This document shows positions 28,901 through 39,087 of a DNA stretch of 64,000 nucleotides, one piece after another. The first letter of the stretch is position 1; each line of letters opens with the position of its first letter. The stretch spans positions 3,360,001 through 3,424,000 of the forward strand of contig CP181291.1 of assembly GCA_052279835.1 (NCBI GenBank), written 5' to 3'. Made by a program: the position numbers and the translations under genes. The DNA is from Microcoleus sp. GTDB lineage: Bacteria > Cyanobacteriota > Cyanobacteriia > Cyanobacteriales > Microcoleaceae. The notes beneath the pieces were generated by a model. It made no database searches. It was not told the origin of the DNA and saw nothing but the letters and a program-made list of their open reading frames with translations.

Positions 28901-30889
28901 TTAAATCAGGGTAATATCCGAAGCCGATAGACCCGGTTTGCCGTTCAGGATGGCCAGCGTCACCCCTGGGTTAGCACCAGCAGTACCATCAGGGTCATAT
29001 CCTAGTCGTCCGTCTTCAACTTGATAGAAGAGGAATCCTTGATTGGTAGCAGCCCCTGCTGGACCAAAACTGCTACTGTAAGCCCCAGTCTCAAGCACCA
29101 ACAAGGACCCAGAAGAAAGTCGATTGGTGTTAGGTAATGGGTTCAAGGCGCTGAAGCCTGTCTGCTGGAACACCAACTTGTCTTGACCGGACACAAAGTC
29201 ACCAATTTGGTCTGGGTTGCTACCGGTAGGTAGGAAGTTGGGTGCGCCACCAATAGGGACACCCTCGCCGAAGTTGTTGTAGTAGAAGCTGTCATTACCA
29301 GTTCCACCAATCAGGGTGTCAGCACCAGGCCCGCCACCGAGAGAGTCGTCGCCATCGCCTCCGAGCAAATAGTCGTTCCCAAAGCCGCCCAGCAACACGT
29401 CGTTGCCGCCACCGGCATCCAAGGTATCGTCTCCGTCAACTGTTGCAACTGCTCCGATGGGAAGAGTGGCTGGGCCGCCGAACAGTGTGTCATTCCCGCT
29501 ACCGGTAGTAATGACATCAGTACCATTGGCACCAAAGATGAGGTTGCTACCCTGGTTGTCGGTAATCCTGTTGACAGTTGTACGACCGGTAAAGTTAACA
29601 CTGCTCGCGTAGGAGATGAAGTCGTTGCCTGCAGAGTCACCGACCAGAGTATCGCTGGCGTTGCCAAAAATCACCGTGTCATTCCCCGCGCCGCCATTCA
29701 TGACGTGGGTGACGGTGAAACTGGTGCTGACAGTAGTATTGCCAATTAAGAGATCGTTGCCGATGCCGCCGTCAAGAGTAATCCTTCCATTGACATTGGA
29801 AAGAGAGGCATTAATCGTATCGTCGCCGTCTGCACCGGAGGCATTAGTAAAGATACCGCTCAAGCTGTCGTTACCGTCGCCGCCAATCATGGTATCAGTG
29901 GAGAAAGCAGCGACGATCGTGTCATTGCCAGTCCCGCCATCAAGGAAGTTCCGACCGGCAAAGCCTGGAAGGGAACTCTGGGCACCACCGCTCGAAAGTG
30001 CTGTCACCGTCGCAGACACGATGAAGTCGTCGCCTGCACCTCCGATGGCGGTATCCTGGGTAGAAAAAACCCTAATCGTGTCATTGCCCTCGCCGGCATC
30101 TAATAAGTTTCTGCCACCGCCAAATTCGCCGATCGAACCGTATAGAGAATCATTTCCAGCACCACCTAGCAAGGTAGTTCTCTCAATGCCAATAGTAATG
30201 AAGCCGGAAGCAAATGGACTTGCTTGGGTAGTATTGGCAACGAATAAGGTATCCTGGTCCTCACCGCCCTCGAGGTAGCTGCTGCTGCCAGCACCGCGCA
30301 GAGTGTCATTGCCTTTACCGCCGAAAAGGCTGTCTCTGATGTTGATACCTGCAACCAAGTCGTCACCAGAGTCGCCCCGCAAGAAGTTGCTTCCTTCATT
30401 GCCAGCGAAACCAACGCCCGATAAGGGAAGACCGAGGTTGTTGCCTCCGCCTGCGATGAAGAAGCCAACGGCGTCATTGCCCTTGCCACCGTAGATGGTG
30501 TCTCTTCTCTGGGCCCCTCCCAGGATCGTATCTGAACCCTGATTACCAAATATGACGTTAGCTTCGACAGTACCTTGGAGGAAGTCGTCTCCTTCACCGC
30601 CGACGATCGTAGCGCGGGCTTCAGCGATTATGGTGTCCGAGCCTCCGTCGCCAAACAGCAAGGCGGGAGTACGCTGAGATCTAATAGAGTCTTCGTCGGC
30701 GCCGCCGTAGATAGTATCGTTCGGGCCCACGGAAATCAGAGTATCATTATCGCCTTGGCCAAATATTAAGCTGCCGCCCAGGGTAGAAGTTCTGACGAAA
30801 TCAGCCCCACCTCCGGCGAAGATTGTATCCGGTCCCAGTCCCGGAAGGTTTAAATCTATTACATTAGGATCGTCATTTAGCGTTGTCAT
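28901..30889 (-). CDS. RTX/hemolysin-type calcium-binding secreted protein
   Basis: Many GGxGxD nonapeptides; DQIGDFVSGQDKL and LSASDITLI type I secretion-like C-terminus. Confidence 0.9.
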   Translation of the reverse strand: MTTLNDDPNVIDLNLPGLGPDTIFAGGGADFVRTSTLGGSLIFGQGDNDTLISVGPNDTIYGGADEDSIRSQRTPALLFGDGGSDTIIAEARATIVGGEGDDFLQGTVEANVIFGNQGSDTILGGAQRRDTIYGGKGNDAVGFFIAGGGNNLGLPLSGVGFAGNEGSNFLRGDSGDDLVAGINIRDSLFGGKGNDTLRGAGSSSYLEGGEDQDTLFVANTTQASPFASGFITIGIERTTLLGGAGNDSLYGSIGEFGGGRNLLDAGEGNDTIRVFSTQDTAIGGAGDDFIVSATVTALSSGGAQSSLPGFAGRNFLDGGTGNDTIVAAFSTDTMIGGDGNDSLSGIFTNASGADGDDTINASLSNVNGRITLDGGIGNDLLIGNTTVSTSFTVTHVMNGGAGNDTVIFGNASDTLVGDSAGNDFISYASSVNFTGRTTVNRITDNQGSNLIFGANGTDVITTGSGNDTLFGGPATLPIGAVATVDGDDTLDAGGGNDVLLGGFGNDYLLGGDGDDSLGGGPGADTLIGGTGNDSFYYNNFGEGVPIGGAPNFLPTGSNPDQIGDFVSGQDKLVFQQTGFSALNPLPNTNRLSSGSLLVLETGAYSSSFGPAGAATNQGFLFYQVEDGRLGYDPDGTAGANPGVTLAILNGKPGLSASDITLI

Positions 30890-31237
30890 TACAGATTCAC
30901 TCCTCTACTTAATTTGTCATCGCTGTTGCGACTACAGAGACTGCCTAGAACACCGAATGTTTGGATGCCGTTGTAGTTTAACTTGTTTGCTCGTCGCAAG
31001 TCTAGTCTAGTTGTGTTAACTCTGTCTAGACTTTCTAGACTGGCTATTTTTTCGTTGTAAGCTTTTATTTTCAATTTCTTCACCCTTTTAATGATCCTAA
31101 TTGGACGCTCGGAGGTGCTTACGCTCTCGAAGACGCGGTTGATATTCTGAATGTTCCATTGTGGATGAGCGAGGTGGGATCGCCTCCACACAAGGAAATC
31201 TGAAATTTAGGATCAAAAAAGGGTTCCGATCTAGGCA

Positions 31238-32371
31238 TTAAAAGTCTACGCCGCGCTTGAGCTCTACCCCCCGATCGCCGTAGTGTTTGTGACAGTATAC
31301 CTCTGAATGTACACTTGCCAAATCAAAGTAAGCGTGGGGTTTATGACAGCGGCCGGTGATAATGATTTCTGTATCGCGGGGCTTGCGTAGCAAGGCTTCC
31401 ACGATCGGCTCTACCGGCAGCAATTCTAAGTCTACTGTGGGATTGAGTTCATCGAGAATAATTGTTTTATACCAACCGCTGGCGATCGCCGCTTTGGCGA
31501 TTTCCCAACCCCGTTCAGCTTCCGTGCAGTCCAACTCCTGCTGTTGCCCCCGCCAAACTATAGCATCCCGGCCGCACCGTTGGTGATCTACTAGCTGCGG
31601 GTAACTTTGGCGCAAAGCTGCAATTGCCGCGTCTTCGGTATAACCGGTGCCTCCTTTGAGCCACTGCACGATTAACACCCGGTGAGATTGGTCTAAACTA
31701 ATACCTCTGCCGATCGCCTGCAAAGCTTTGCCTAGAGCACTGGTAGACTTTCCTTTCCCCGCACCTGTGTATATTTCAATACCAGAAATATTGTGTTCGG
31801 CTGCTGCGGGGTGGTGGTGGGGCTTCATTTCTGAATGCAAGTCAGCAATATCGAGCAAAGCTTGGGGGGTAGCCCTCCCTGTGGCGATTACTTCTAGATA
31901 TTCTGGTTTGTGTTTGAGGGTTTGGACTACTTCATCTACTGGGAGCAAACCTAGGTCCAAAACGGGGTTTAATTCGTCTAGTACCACTACAGAATATAGC
32001 TCTGAGGCGATCGCCCCTTTGGCGATATCCCAACCCCGCTGGGCTTCGGTGCGATCGAATCTGGTGATAGCTTCTGGCCCAAAATATTCAGCCCTGCCCG
32101 TCCTAACTTGGTCGATTAAGTGGGGAAATGCCCGCTGCAAGGCTTCTATGGCCCCGTCTTCGTCGTAGGAGCGGCCTGGTCCCTTGAGAAAGCGCAGCAG
32201 TAAGACTCGCGTGGGGGAGTCTGAATTGATACCCAGCCCGATCGAGCGCAAAACTACCCCTAAAGCTGCCTGAGACTTGCCCTTGCTAGCGCCATCATAG
32301 ACGTGAATCTGACCGGCCGCGCGTTCCGATCGGGATGATGCTGTCCGAATACCAATGCCATTCCTTACCAT
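31238..32371 (-). CDS. cobO: Cob(I)yrinic acid a,c-diamide adenosyltransferase, tandem-domain cyanobacterial form
   Basis: Two CobO/BtuR domains, each with G..KGKS..ALG, LDELNP and TGR motifs. Confidence 0.88.
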   Translation of the reverse strand: MVRNGIGIRTASSRSERAAGQIHVYDGASKGKSQAALGVVLRSIGLGINSDSPTRVLLLRFLKGPGRSYDEDGAIEALQRAFPHLIDQVRTGRAEYFGPEAITRFDRTEAQRGWDIAKGAIASELYSVVVLDELNPVLDLGLLPVDEVVQTLKHKPEYLEVIATGRATPQALLDIADLHSEMKPHHHPAAAEHNISGIEIYTGAGKGKSTSALGKALQAIGRGISLDQSHRVLIVQWLKGGTGYTEDAAIAALRQSYPQLVDHQRCGRDAIVWRGQQQELDCTEAERGWEIAKAAIASGWYKTIILDELNPTVDLELLPVEPIVEALLRKPRDTEIIITGRCHKPHAYFDLASVHSEVYCHKHYGDRGVELKRGVDF

Positions 32372-32623
32372 AATCAATTATTTTAGTCTGTCTTGGGGTC
32401 GGTAGCTGAGGGAATTTAATGTTTTAATGTTTCCATCCTGTTAATGGATCTCGACATATTATACTATAAACAAGCTGAAAATCTGCTACCATGCCATGTC
32501 CGACAGATTGGGGAAAATGTCCAGGCTGAAAATATCAAGAGGGCAAATTAGCTCGATCGTTGTCGTCCTGTTTGTGCCCGGTGGCGGAATAGATTCTACC
32601 CAGCCGTTATAGTTGTAAACTTT

Positions 32624-33142
32624 ATGATTGCCAGTGTTTTTCCATTTCCGACTGTTTTGCTGCAAATTTTAATTTTGTTTGTGGCGATCGCGATCGAATC
32701 GTGGTTCCTACAAAAACTACTTAAACTAGGCCCCAAAACCAGCGTTCAATATACAACCATCCTCAATTTATCTTGCGCCTGTCTAGGTTGGTTCCTTTTC
32801 TTCGGCATTGAAAGCGTGATGCCAAAAGACCTGCGAGAACAGCTCATAGATTACATGATCTTAGGAGGAGGTCGCGATATTTACCCAGCCATAACTCTGA
32901 TTGCTGTATTACTTTTAGCCATCACTTTTTTTGCCAAGTGGGAAGGATTAGAATTCCTCCAAAATTTGGTTGCTGGTACTAAAAGAACATCCAAACCTCA
33001 GTTCATAGGGCCGCCCAGCCTCACCAAGCGTCCTCCCCAAAAAACATTCCAAGTAACCACTGTTTTTGGCGCAATGTTAATTGCCCATACAGTTAGCAAT
33101 TGTGTCATTCTAACCTTGTTATTTTTGCAAACATCTAATTAA
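32624..33142 (+). CDS. fraC: Filament integrity protein FraC
   Basis: VAIAIES..L...KTS..Y..LNL....GW..FF..E; membrane protein first in a fraCDE-like triplet. Confidence 0.8.
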   Translation: MIASVFPFPTVLLQILILFVAIAIESWFLQKLLKLGPKTSVQYTTILNLSCACLGWFLFFGIESVMPKDLREQLIDYMILGGGRDIYPAITLIAVLLLAITFFAKWEGLEFLQNLVAGTKRTSKPQFIGPPSLTKRPPQKTFQVTTVFGAMLIAHTVSNCVILTLLFLQTSN

Positions 33143-33428
33143 AAAAAATCTAGCAATTTTTTCAGGAATTAAGAATTACTTAATCCCTGAAATTATGACC
33201 TAGGGTTCGGGTGCATCTGTGTTTGGCAAATATATTCGTAGGGGCGAAGCATGACGGCTGTAAATCTCTGGTTATCACTAACAAATTGTCTGCGGTCATG
33301 CTTCGCCTATGCAAAATCGGGATGCTCCCTAGGGTTCCATCTTCCATCTTCCATCTTCCATCTTCCATCTTCCATCTTCCTTCTTCCTTCTTCCTTCTTC
33401 CTTCTTCCTTCTTCCTTCTTCCTTCTAT

Positions 33429-34427
33429 ATGATGAAGCAATTTTTAGATATCACCCAGCAACTGACAAAGCTGACCAACAACCTTTTGGAAGTCAATAAA
33501 AAAGTCCAAAAGCAGATACTTCCGCCTAAAGTAGTCCACTGGAAAACACCTTTACTGATTAGCATATTGTTGGCATTACTGTCCGTGGCAGCCTTCACAG
33601 ACGGGCCAACCAGAACAACCATTGCTGATTTGAGTTGGTTATCTTTTATAATCTCCATGGGTCTCTTGACCAGTCAGCCACCTTTTGTGATTTACGGAGT
33701 CAGTATTAGTCCGTGGGTGACAAGTGTCTTAGTTGGCCTGTGGCTATTAGTAAGATTGCCACCAGATAGTCGGCCAATAGCATGGATAGCAGGACCGCTG
33801 ATCGCAGTAGTAGTTCTAGCGGCCATAGAAATTTGGAATAGTGAATCCAAATGGGACAAAATTAAATCGCTAATTCAACCAGAATTTTTAATTTTAACCC
33901 TGATTCATGTGATGATTTCTTGTTGGTTTGGTTTCCATTTTTTGATTCAAGGTTGGCTGCAAGATTATCCAAGTGTTTTGTCACAAAATTTGAAAGAAAG
34001 TCATTATTTAGTGACATTTCAAGGGCCAACAATTAATCGTTCTAGAGGTGTAATTATCCTCAATGAAATGGAAAAATATCTCAAAAATCAAGCAGCAACC
34101 AAACCTTGGCCGCAGATAGAACAAATGCTGATAGATATTGACAACGAGCGATTTTTCCTCAAAAATGAAGCGTTGAAAAAAATTCAGATAGTTCCAGAAG
34201 ATGGGAGTTGGGATGTCAAAACTTCCATCGTCCAAGGAGAGTCTCGTTATCAGTTAGAGATGCAAGCTACTTGGCTAGGACTGGTTTTTAGACCGGAAAT
34301 ATATTCCTTTACCCAGTCTTGCGAAGTGATAAATATTGGTAATGCGGCGACGGTAGACTGTGGGGCTATCAAACGCTCTAAGCCGGGGCTAAAAAAGAAT
34401 GGAAGTGGAGGAGATAGTCAAGTTTGA
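33429..34427 (+). CDS. fraD: Septal junction protein FraD
   Basis: Five N-terminal TM helices, SCWFGFHF..Q.WL..YPS, C-terminal domain with two Cys; gene order. Confidence 0.8.
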   Translation: MMKQFLDITQQLTKLTNNLLEVNKKVQKQILPPKVVHWKTPLLISILLALLSVAAFTDGPTRTTIADLSWLSFIISMGLLTSQPPFVIYGVSISPWVTSVLVGLWLLVRLPPDSRPIAWIAGPLIAVVVLAAIEIWNSESKWDKIKSLIQPEFLILTLIHVMISCWFGFHFLIQGWLQDYPSVLSQNLKESHYLVTFQGPTINRSRGVIILNEMEKYLKNQAATKPWPQIEQMLIDIDNERFFLKNEALKKIQIVPEDGSWDVKTSIVQGESRYQLEMQATWLGLVFRPEIYSFTQSCEVINIGNAATVDCGAIKRSKPGLKKNGSGGDSQV

Positions 34428-34505
34428 TCCTGCTGCTAAATACCAATAACCCCGACTCTCCAGAAGTTGTCGGGGTTCTCAAACCAATTACCAATTAGCT
34501 AGTAA

Positions 34506-35279
34506 ATGAATCTCCGAAGAATTTTGACAGTTGCCATTAATGTATTTTGGGAAGTAATTCGCGATCGCATTCTTTACTTAATAGTTATTTTTGCTCTGTT
34601 GATGGCAGCAACAGTGCGGTTAATCCCGGAATTGGCGGCAACAACAGAGCAAAAAATCATCTTAGATACTGGGTTGGCAGCTATTAGTATTTTCGGTCTA
34701 ATTGTCACAGTCTTTGTTGCTACCGGATTGGTAAACAAAGAAATTGAAAAACGCACTGTTTACCTGTTAATTGCCAAGCCGATAAGTCGCGCTGAATTAA
34801 TTGTTGGTAAACACTTAGGGCTGTCGGCGGTACTAGGTGTCCTTGTGGCGGCAATGACTGTTATTTATCTGGCAATTCTGAGTTTAAGTCGCATTAATTA
34901 CCCTTTGCCAAGCATTTTAATAGCTTCACTATTCATCTGGTTTGAACTATGTTTGGTCGCGGCTGTAGGGATTTTATTGGGAGTTTTTAGTAGTTCGTTG
35001 CTAGCAAGTTTACTGACATTTGGTGTCTATTTAGTGGGAAACTCAACGCGGGATTTAGTGGCTTTGGGTAAGTTAACTAAGAATCCTGGTATTGAACAAT
35101 TGATGATGGGACTTTATCTCATTTTGCCAGATTTGGCTAGATTTAATTTGAGAAATGATGCTGTTTACGGACAAGTTCCTTACTTAGCGGCTATGATTAC
35201 AAATGTCGGCTATGGTTTGTTGTATGGGGTGCTGCTGCTGTCAATTTCAGTGGCTATATTTTCTCGTAGAGAATTTTAA
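34506..35279 (+). CDS. fraE: ABC-2-type permease FraE
   Basis: EVIRDRILY, LVNKEIEKRT, KPISRAELIVGKHLG; follows fraD. Confidence 0.8.
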   Translation: MNLRRILTVAINVFWEVIRDRILYLIVIFALLMAATVRLIPELAATTEQKIILDTGLAAISIFGLIVTVFVATGLVNKEIEKRTVYLLIAKPISRAELIVGKHLGLSAVLGVLVAAMTVIYLAILSLSRINYPLPSILIASLFIWFELCLVAAVGILLGVFSSSLLASLLTFGVYLVGNSTRDLVALGKLTKNPGIEQLMMGLYLILPDLARFNLRNDAVYGQVPYLAAMITNVGYGLLYGVLLLSISVAIFSRREF

Positions 35280-35506
35280 CCCTCATCTTCTATAGCAATC
35301 CTCGCATCATTTGTGAATTTCTTACTCCCTCCCCTTGCTAAGGTCCGGGCTGGGGTGGGGTAAAAAAATTTACGACTCCTGCAAGGATTGCTATATACCT
35401 TCAGCGGGTGCAGTAAAATTGAATTGGTCAGCTAGAATATAGAAAAGATTATCGATCGCCAATCTCGACTAAAAATAAAACTTTTATTGGTAAAATGAGG
35501 TGTCCT

Positions 35507-36328
35507 ATGACTGCTGTAATTCACAAACCAATATCACAGCTAAAAATTACCTGGCCGCTGCTACCCGATGATTTTATTCTACCAGATGACCCCGTGGAAA
35601 ATATAGAACATCCTTTAATCGCGAATGGTTTACGCCAGTCTGTAGTGGATTGCCCGGAACTAATACAAGACGCACTGATAGTTTCTAATTTTGCATTGTG
35701 TGCTGCTGTGGACGATCGCACTATTTGCAAAGGCCCAGATTGGATGTACGTGCGGCCCGTGCAAGCTTGGCCTCACAACTATCCCCGTCGTAGTTACACG
35801 CCTCATACCGAAGGAACAGTGCCTTCTGTAGTGATGGAATTTCTCTCAGCTACTTACGGTGATGAATACTCTGTCGAACATACAGAAGAAATCGGTAAGT
35901 GGTTTTTTTATGAACAAGTAATCAAAGTTCCTCGCTATGTGATTTTTCGACCGCATACGGGCAGAATAGAAGTCTATGCCCTGGAATCGGAGCGATACAA
36001 CAATCAAGAACCAGATGAAAATGGGCGTTATTTGATACCTGGATTGGATCTGTTTTTGGGAGTTTGGGTGGGTACTCGCGAAGGTAGAACAGGAAATTGG
36101 CTGCGCTGGTGGAATATGGCGGGGGAGTTGCTGTTGTGGCCAGAAGAACGGGCAGAAGCTGAACGCCAGCGCGCAGAAGCCGAACACCAGCGCGCAGAAG
36201 CCGAACGCCAGCGCGCAGAAGCCCAAAGCCAAGAAAAAGAGTTAGTCCAGACTCTGCTGGAACAGGAAAGACAGCGCAATCAAGAGCTTTTGGCTAGATT
36301 AGCCGCCCTTGGCATCGATCCAGAATAA
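35507..36328 (+). CDS. Uma2 family endonuclease with AEAERQR coiled-coil tail
   Basis: LPDDPVEN, PDWMYV, VMEFLS, WLRWW; 21-nt repeats about 36152-36222. Confidence 0.88.
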   Translation: MTAVIHKPISQLKITWPLLPDDFILPDDPVENIEHPLIANGLRQSVVDCPELIQDALIVSNFALCAAVDDRTICKGPDWMYVRPVQAWPHNYPRRSYTPHTEGTVPSVVMEFLSATYGDEYSVEHTEEIGKWFFYEQVIKVPRYVIFRPHTGRIEVYALESERYNNQEPDENGRYLIPGLDLFLGVWVGTREGRTGNWLRWWNMAGELLLWPEERAEAERQRAEAEHQRAEAERQRAEAQSQEKELVQTLLEQERQRNQELLARLAALGIDPE

Positions 36329-36427
36329 GTAAACCTACTTAAAAAACCAAACACTCAGAACCCTGACTTCTTCTTGAAGTCGGGGATCTAATATCGATCG
36401 CATTTTACAGCACTCAAAATAGAAATC

Positions 36428-37255
36428 ATGTTAGTCGAAAAACTCGAAAAATTACAAACTCTCTTCGCAGAAATGGATTGGGCGCTGATTGCCTACTCTG
36501 GCGGTATTGATAGCACTTTGGTGGCAAAAATTGCTTTTGATGTCTTGGGCGATCGCGCTTTGGCCGTGACAGCAGTTTCCCCATCTTTATTGCCAGAAGA
36601 TTTAGAAGATGCGCGGATTCAAGCAGCAGAAATTGGGATTGCCCACCAAGAGGTGGAAACTCAAGAAATGGCAAATCCTAATTACACTTCTAACCCGGTT
36701 AATCGCTGCTATTTTTGCAAAAGCGAACTGCACGATACTTTGAAACCGCTAGCACTCGCTAAGGGTTATCCTTATGTGGTGGATGGGGTCAATGCTGATG
36801 ATTTAAAGGATTATCGTCCGGGGATTTTGGCGGCGAAGGAACGGGGAGCCCGATCGCCTTTGGCAGAAGTCGGCATGGCTAAATTTGAAGTGCGACAATT
36901 GGCCAAAGAATTAAATTTGCCTTGGTGGGACAAACCAGCTCAACCTTGTCTGAGTTCGCGCTTTCCCTACGGTGAAGAAATCACCGCGGCTAAGTTGCAA
37001 AGAGTTGGGCGCGCTGAACGGTATTTGCGGCAGTTGGGACTGAAAAATCTGCGAGTGCGATCGGACCAAGATACGGCGCGCATTGAGTTACCAGCGGATG
37101 AGATTCAGGAATTTGTGTTAAAGACGGATTTGTCTGCATTGGTGGCCGTATTTCAAGAGTTTGGTTTTGTTTACGCGACTTTGGATTTGGAGGGATTTCG
37201 CAGCGGCAAATTAAATCAGGTTTTGCAGCCGGAGTTGTTGCAAAAAAAAGGTTGA
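36428..37255 (+). CDS. larE: ATP-dependent sacrificial sulfur transferase LarE-like
   Basis: AYSGGIDS PP-loop, NRCYFCK, DYRPG, PCLSSRFPYG. Confidence 0.9.
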   Translation: MLVEKLEKLQTLFAEMDWALIAYSGGIDSTLVAKIAFDVLGDRALAVTAVSPSLLPEDLEDARIQAAEIGIAHQEVETQEMANPNYTSNPVNRCYFCKSELHDTLKPLALAKGYPYVVDGVNADDLKDYRPGILAAKERGARSPLAEVGMAKFEVRQLAKELNLPWWDKPAQPCLSSRFPYGEEITAAKLQRVGRAERYLRQLGLKNLRVRSDQDTARIELPADEIQEFVLKTDLSALVAVFQEFGFVYATLDLEGFRSGKLNQVLQPELLQKKG

Positions 37256-37502
37256 TTAGTTCTCCTGCAAAAGTGTGAGTACAACATGGTGTTAGTCCCC
37301 ATCGATCGGGGGCTAGGCACTCTGGGCACTAATTCATTACTGATGCAGGCCCGCTCTTGATAGTATTGGCGATCGGTCAAACCCGATCGCCAATACTATA
37401 ATACCTTGCTCCTGCGACAATTAATCCACCCTGCCCCCTGACCCCCCCCAGGGGGGGAAGGGTATAGGGCATTACCTATTACCTATTACCTATTACCTAT
37501 TA

Positions 37503-38912
37503 CTACTTCCTCTGCAATTTAATACCTCTCATAGAATAATCTAAAAGCTCCATGGGGTGCATCAAACAAACTGCCTTTCCCTGCAACTCCAAATGCTTCT
37601 TAATTTGTAGCGAACAACCAGGATTAGAAGAAGCAATCAACTCCGCTCCAGTATTCAGCAAATTCTCCACCTTTTGCTGTCCCAATTCATCAGCCACCTC
37701 CGGCTGCAACAGATTATAAACACCCGCACTCCCGCAGCACAAAGCAGCATCCATAGGTTCTTTTAACTTCACTCCCGGAATTTGTTGCAACAACTGACGA
37801 GGTTGAGCACTAATCTTTTGTCCGTGCAACAAATGACAAGCATCCTGATAAACAATTGTCAAATCTCCGTCCACCAAAGGATGAAGTTTTGCCGTCATAC
37901 CCGCCATTGCCAAAAACTCTTGCACGTCTTTCACATTAGCTGCAAATGCTTCAGCTTTCTCGCGATATTCCGGGTCATCTGCTAAAATATGACCGTATTC
38001 TTTCAAAGTGTGACCACAACCCGCAGCATTGATAATCACAAAATCGACACCCGTATTTTCAAAGCTGTCAATCATTTGTCTCGCCAAAGTTTGTGCCTGT
38101 TGCGCTTGTCCTTGGTGTTCGGGTAAAGCAGCACAACATCCCTGACTTTTGGGAATCACCACCTCACAACCATTAGCCGTTAAAACACGCACCGTAGCTT
38201 CATTAACCGGGGAAAACAACAGCCGCTGTACACAGCCTAAAATCACACCGACTCGATAGCGTTTTTCGCCTTGGGCTGGAATTACCGCTGGTAAATTATC
38301 CCGGAAAGAATCAATAGTAACTTTCGGCAAAATTGATTCCATCGCAGCCAAACGGGGAAATACTTTTTTCAGTAAACCTGTGCTGCGAACCAGTTGAGGT
38401 AGTCCTAATTTTTGATAAATAAACAAAGGCAAAAGTAAAGGCCGCAATCGGTGAGGATAGGGAAAAAGATTAAAAATCAGAGTGCGAATTACATTATCAG
38501 AAAAAGAGCGTTCCTGATTCCGAGAAACTTGGTGACGTGTGGCGGAAATTAATTTATCGTATTGTACACCCGACGGACAAGTAGTAACACAGGCCAAACA
38601 GCCCAAACAAGTATCAAAATGCTGGGAAGTTGCTTCATTCAAAGGAGCTTCACCTTCGTTAATCGCATCCATCAAATAAATGCGGCCTCTGGGGGAATCC
38701 ATTTCTTTACCCAGTACCCGATAACTAGGACAAGTGGACAAACAAAAGCCACAGTGCACGCAAGTATCGATTAATTTTGGATTAGGTGGATTATTAGTAT
38801 CAAAACCCTGTAATTCTGGACTTTGTAAATGAGAATTTTGTGCTAAAAAATTGCTCTCCTTAGCAGGCTTAAAATTGTCGCTGGGAACTTGAGATTTTTC
38901 GGAAGTTTGCAT
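37503..38912 (-). CDS. glcF: Glycolate oxidase iron-sulfur subunit
   Basis: CVHCGFCLSTCP, SPRGRI, CLGCLACVTTCPSGV, CCG motifs. Confidence 0.92.
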   Translation of the reverse strand: MQTSEKSQVPSDNFKPAKESNFLAQNSHLQSPELQGFDTNNPPNPKLIDTCVHCGFCLSTCPSYRVLGKEMDSPRGRIYLMDAINEGEAPLNEATSQHFDTCLGCLACVTTCPSGVQYDKLISATRHQVSRNQERSFSDNVIRTLIFNLFPYPHRLRPLLLPLFIYQKLGLPQLVRSTGLLKKVFPRLAAMESILPKVTIDSFRDNLPAVIPAQGEKRYRVGVILGCVQRLLFSPVNEATVRVLTANGCEVVIPKSQGCCAALPEHQGQAQQAQTLARQMIDSFENTGVDFVIINAAGCGHTLKEYGHILADDPEYREKAEAFAANVKDVQEFLAMAGMTAKLHPLVDGDLTIVYQDACHLLHGQKISAQPRQLLQQIPGVKLKEPMDAALCCGSAGVYNLLQPEVADELGQQKVENLLNTGAELIASSNPGCSLQIKKHLELQGKAVCLMHPMELLDYSMRGIKLQRK

Positions 38913-39087
38913 AGGGCAGAAAGAAGAAATAAGAAAAAATGAACCAAGAATAAAGCTTTAGTTATTGAAAATCGAAATCAGAAGCAAACAAATACCTCTC
39001 TTCTCTTCTTTTCTCCTCCTTCGTGGTCTTCGCGTCTTCGCGGTTCGTCAAAAAACAAAGACTGAAGTCCTTACTACAAACTTTAAA

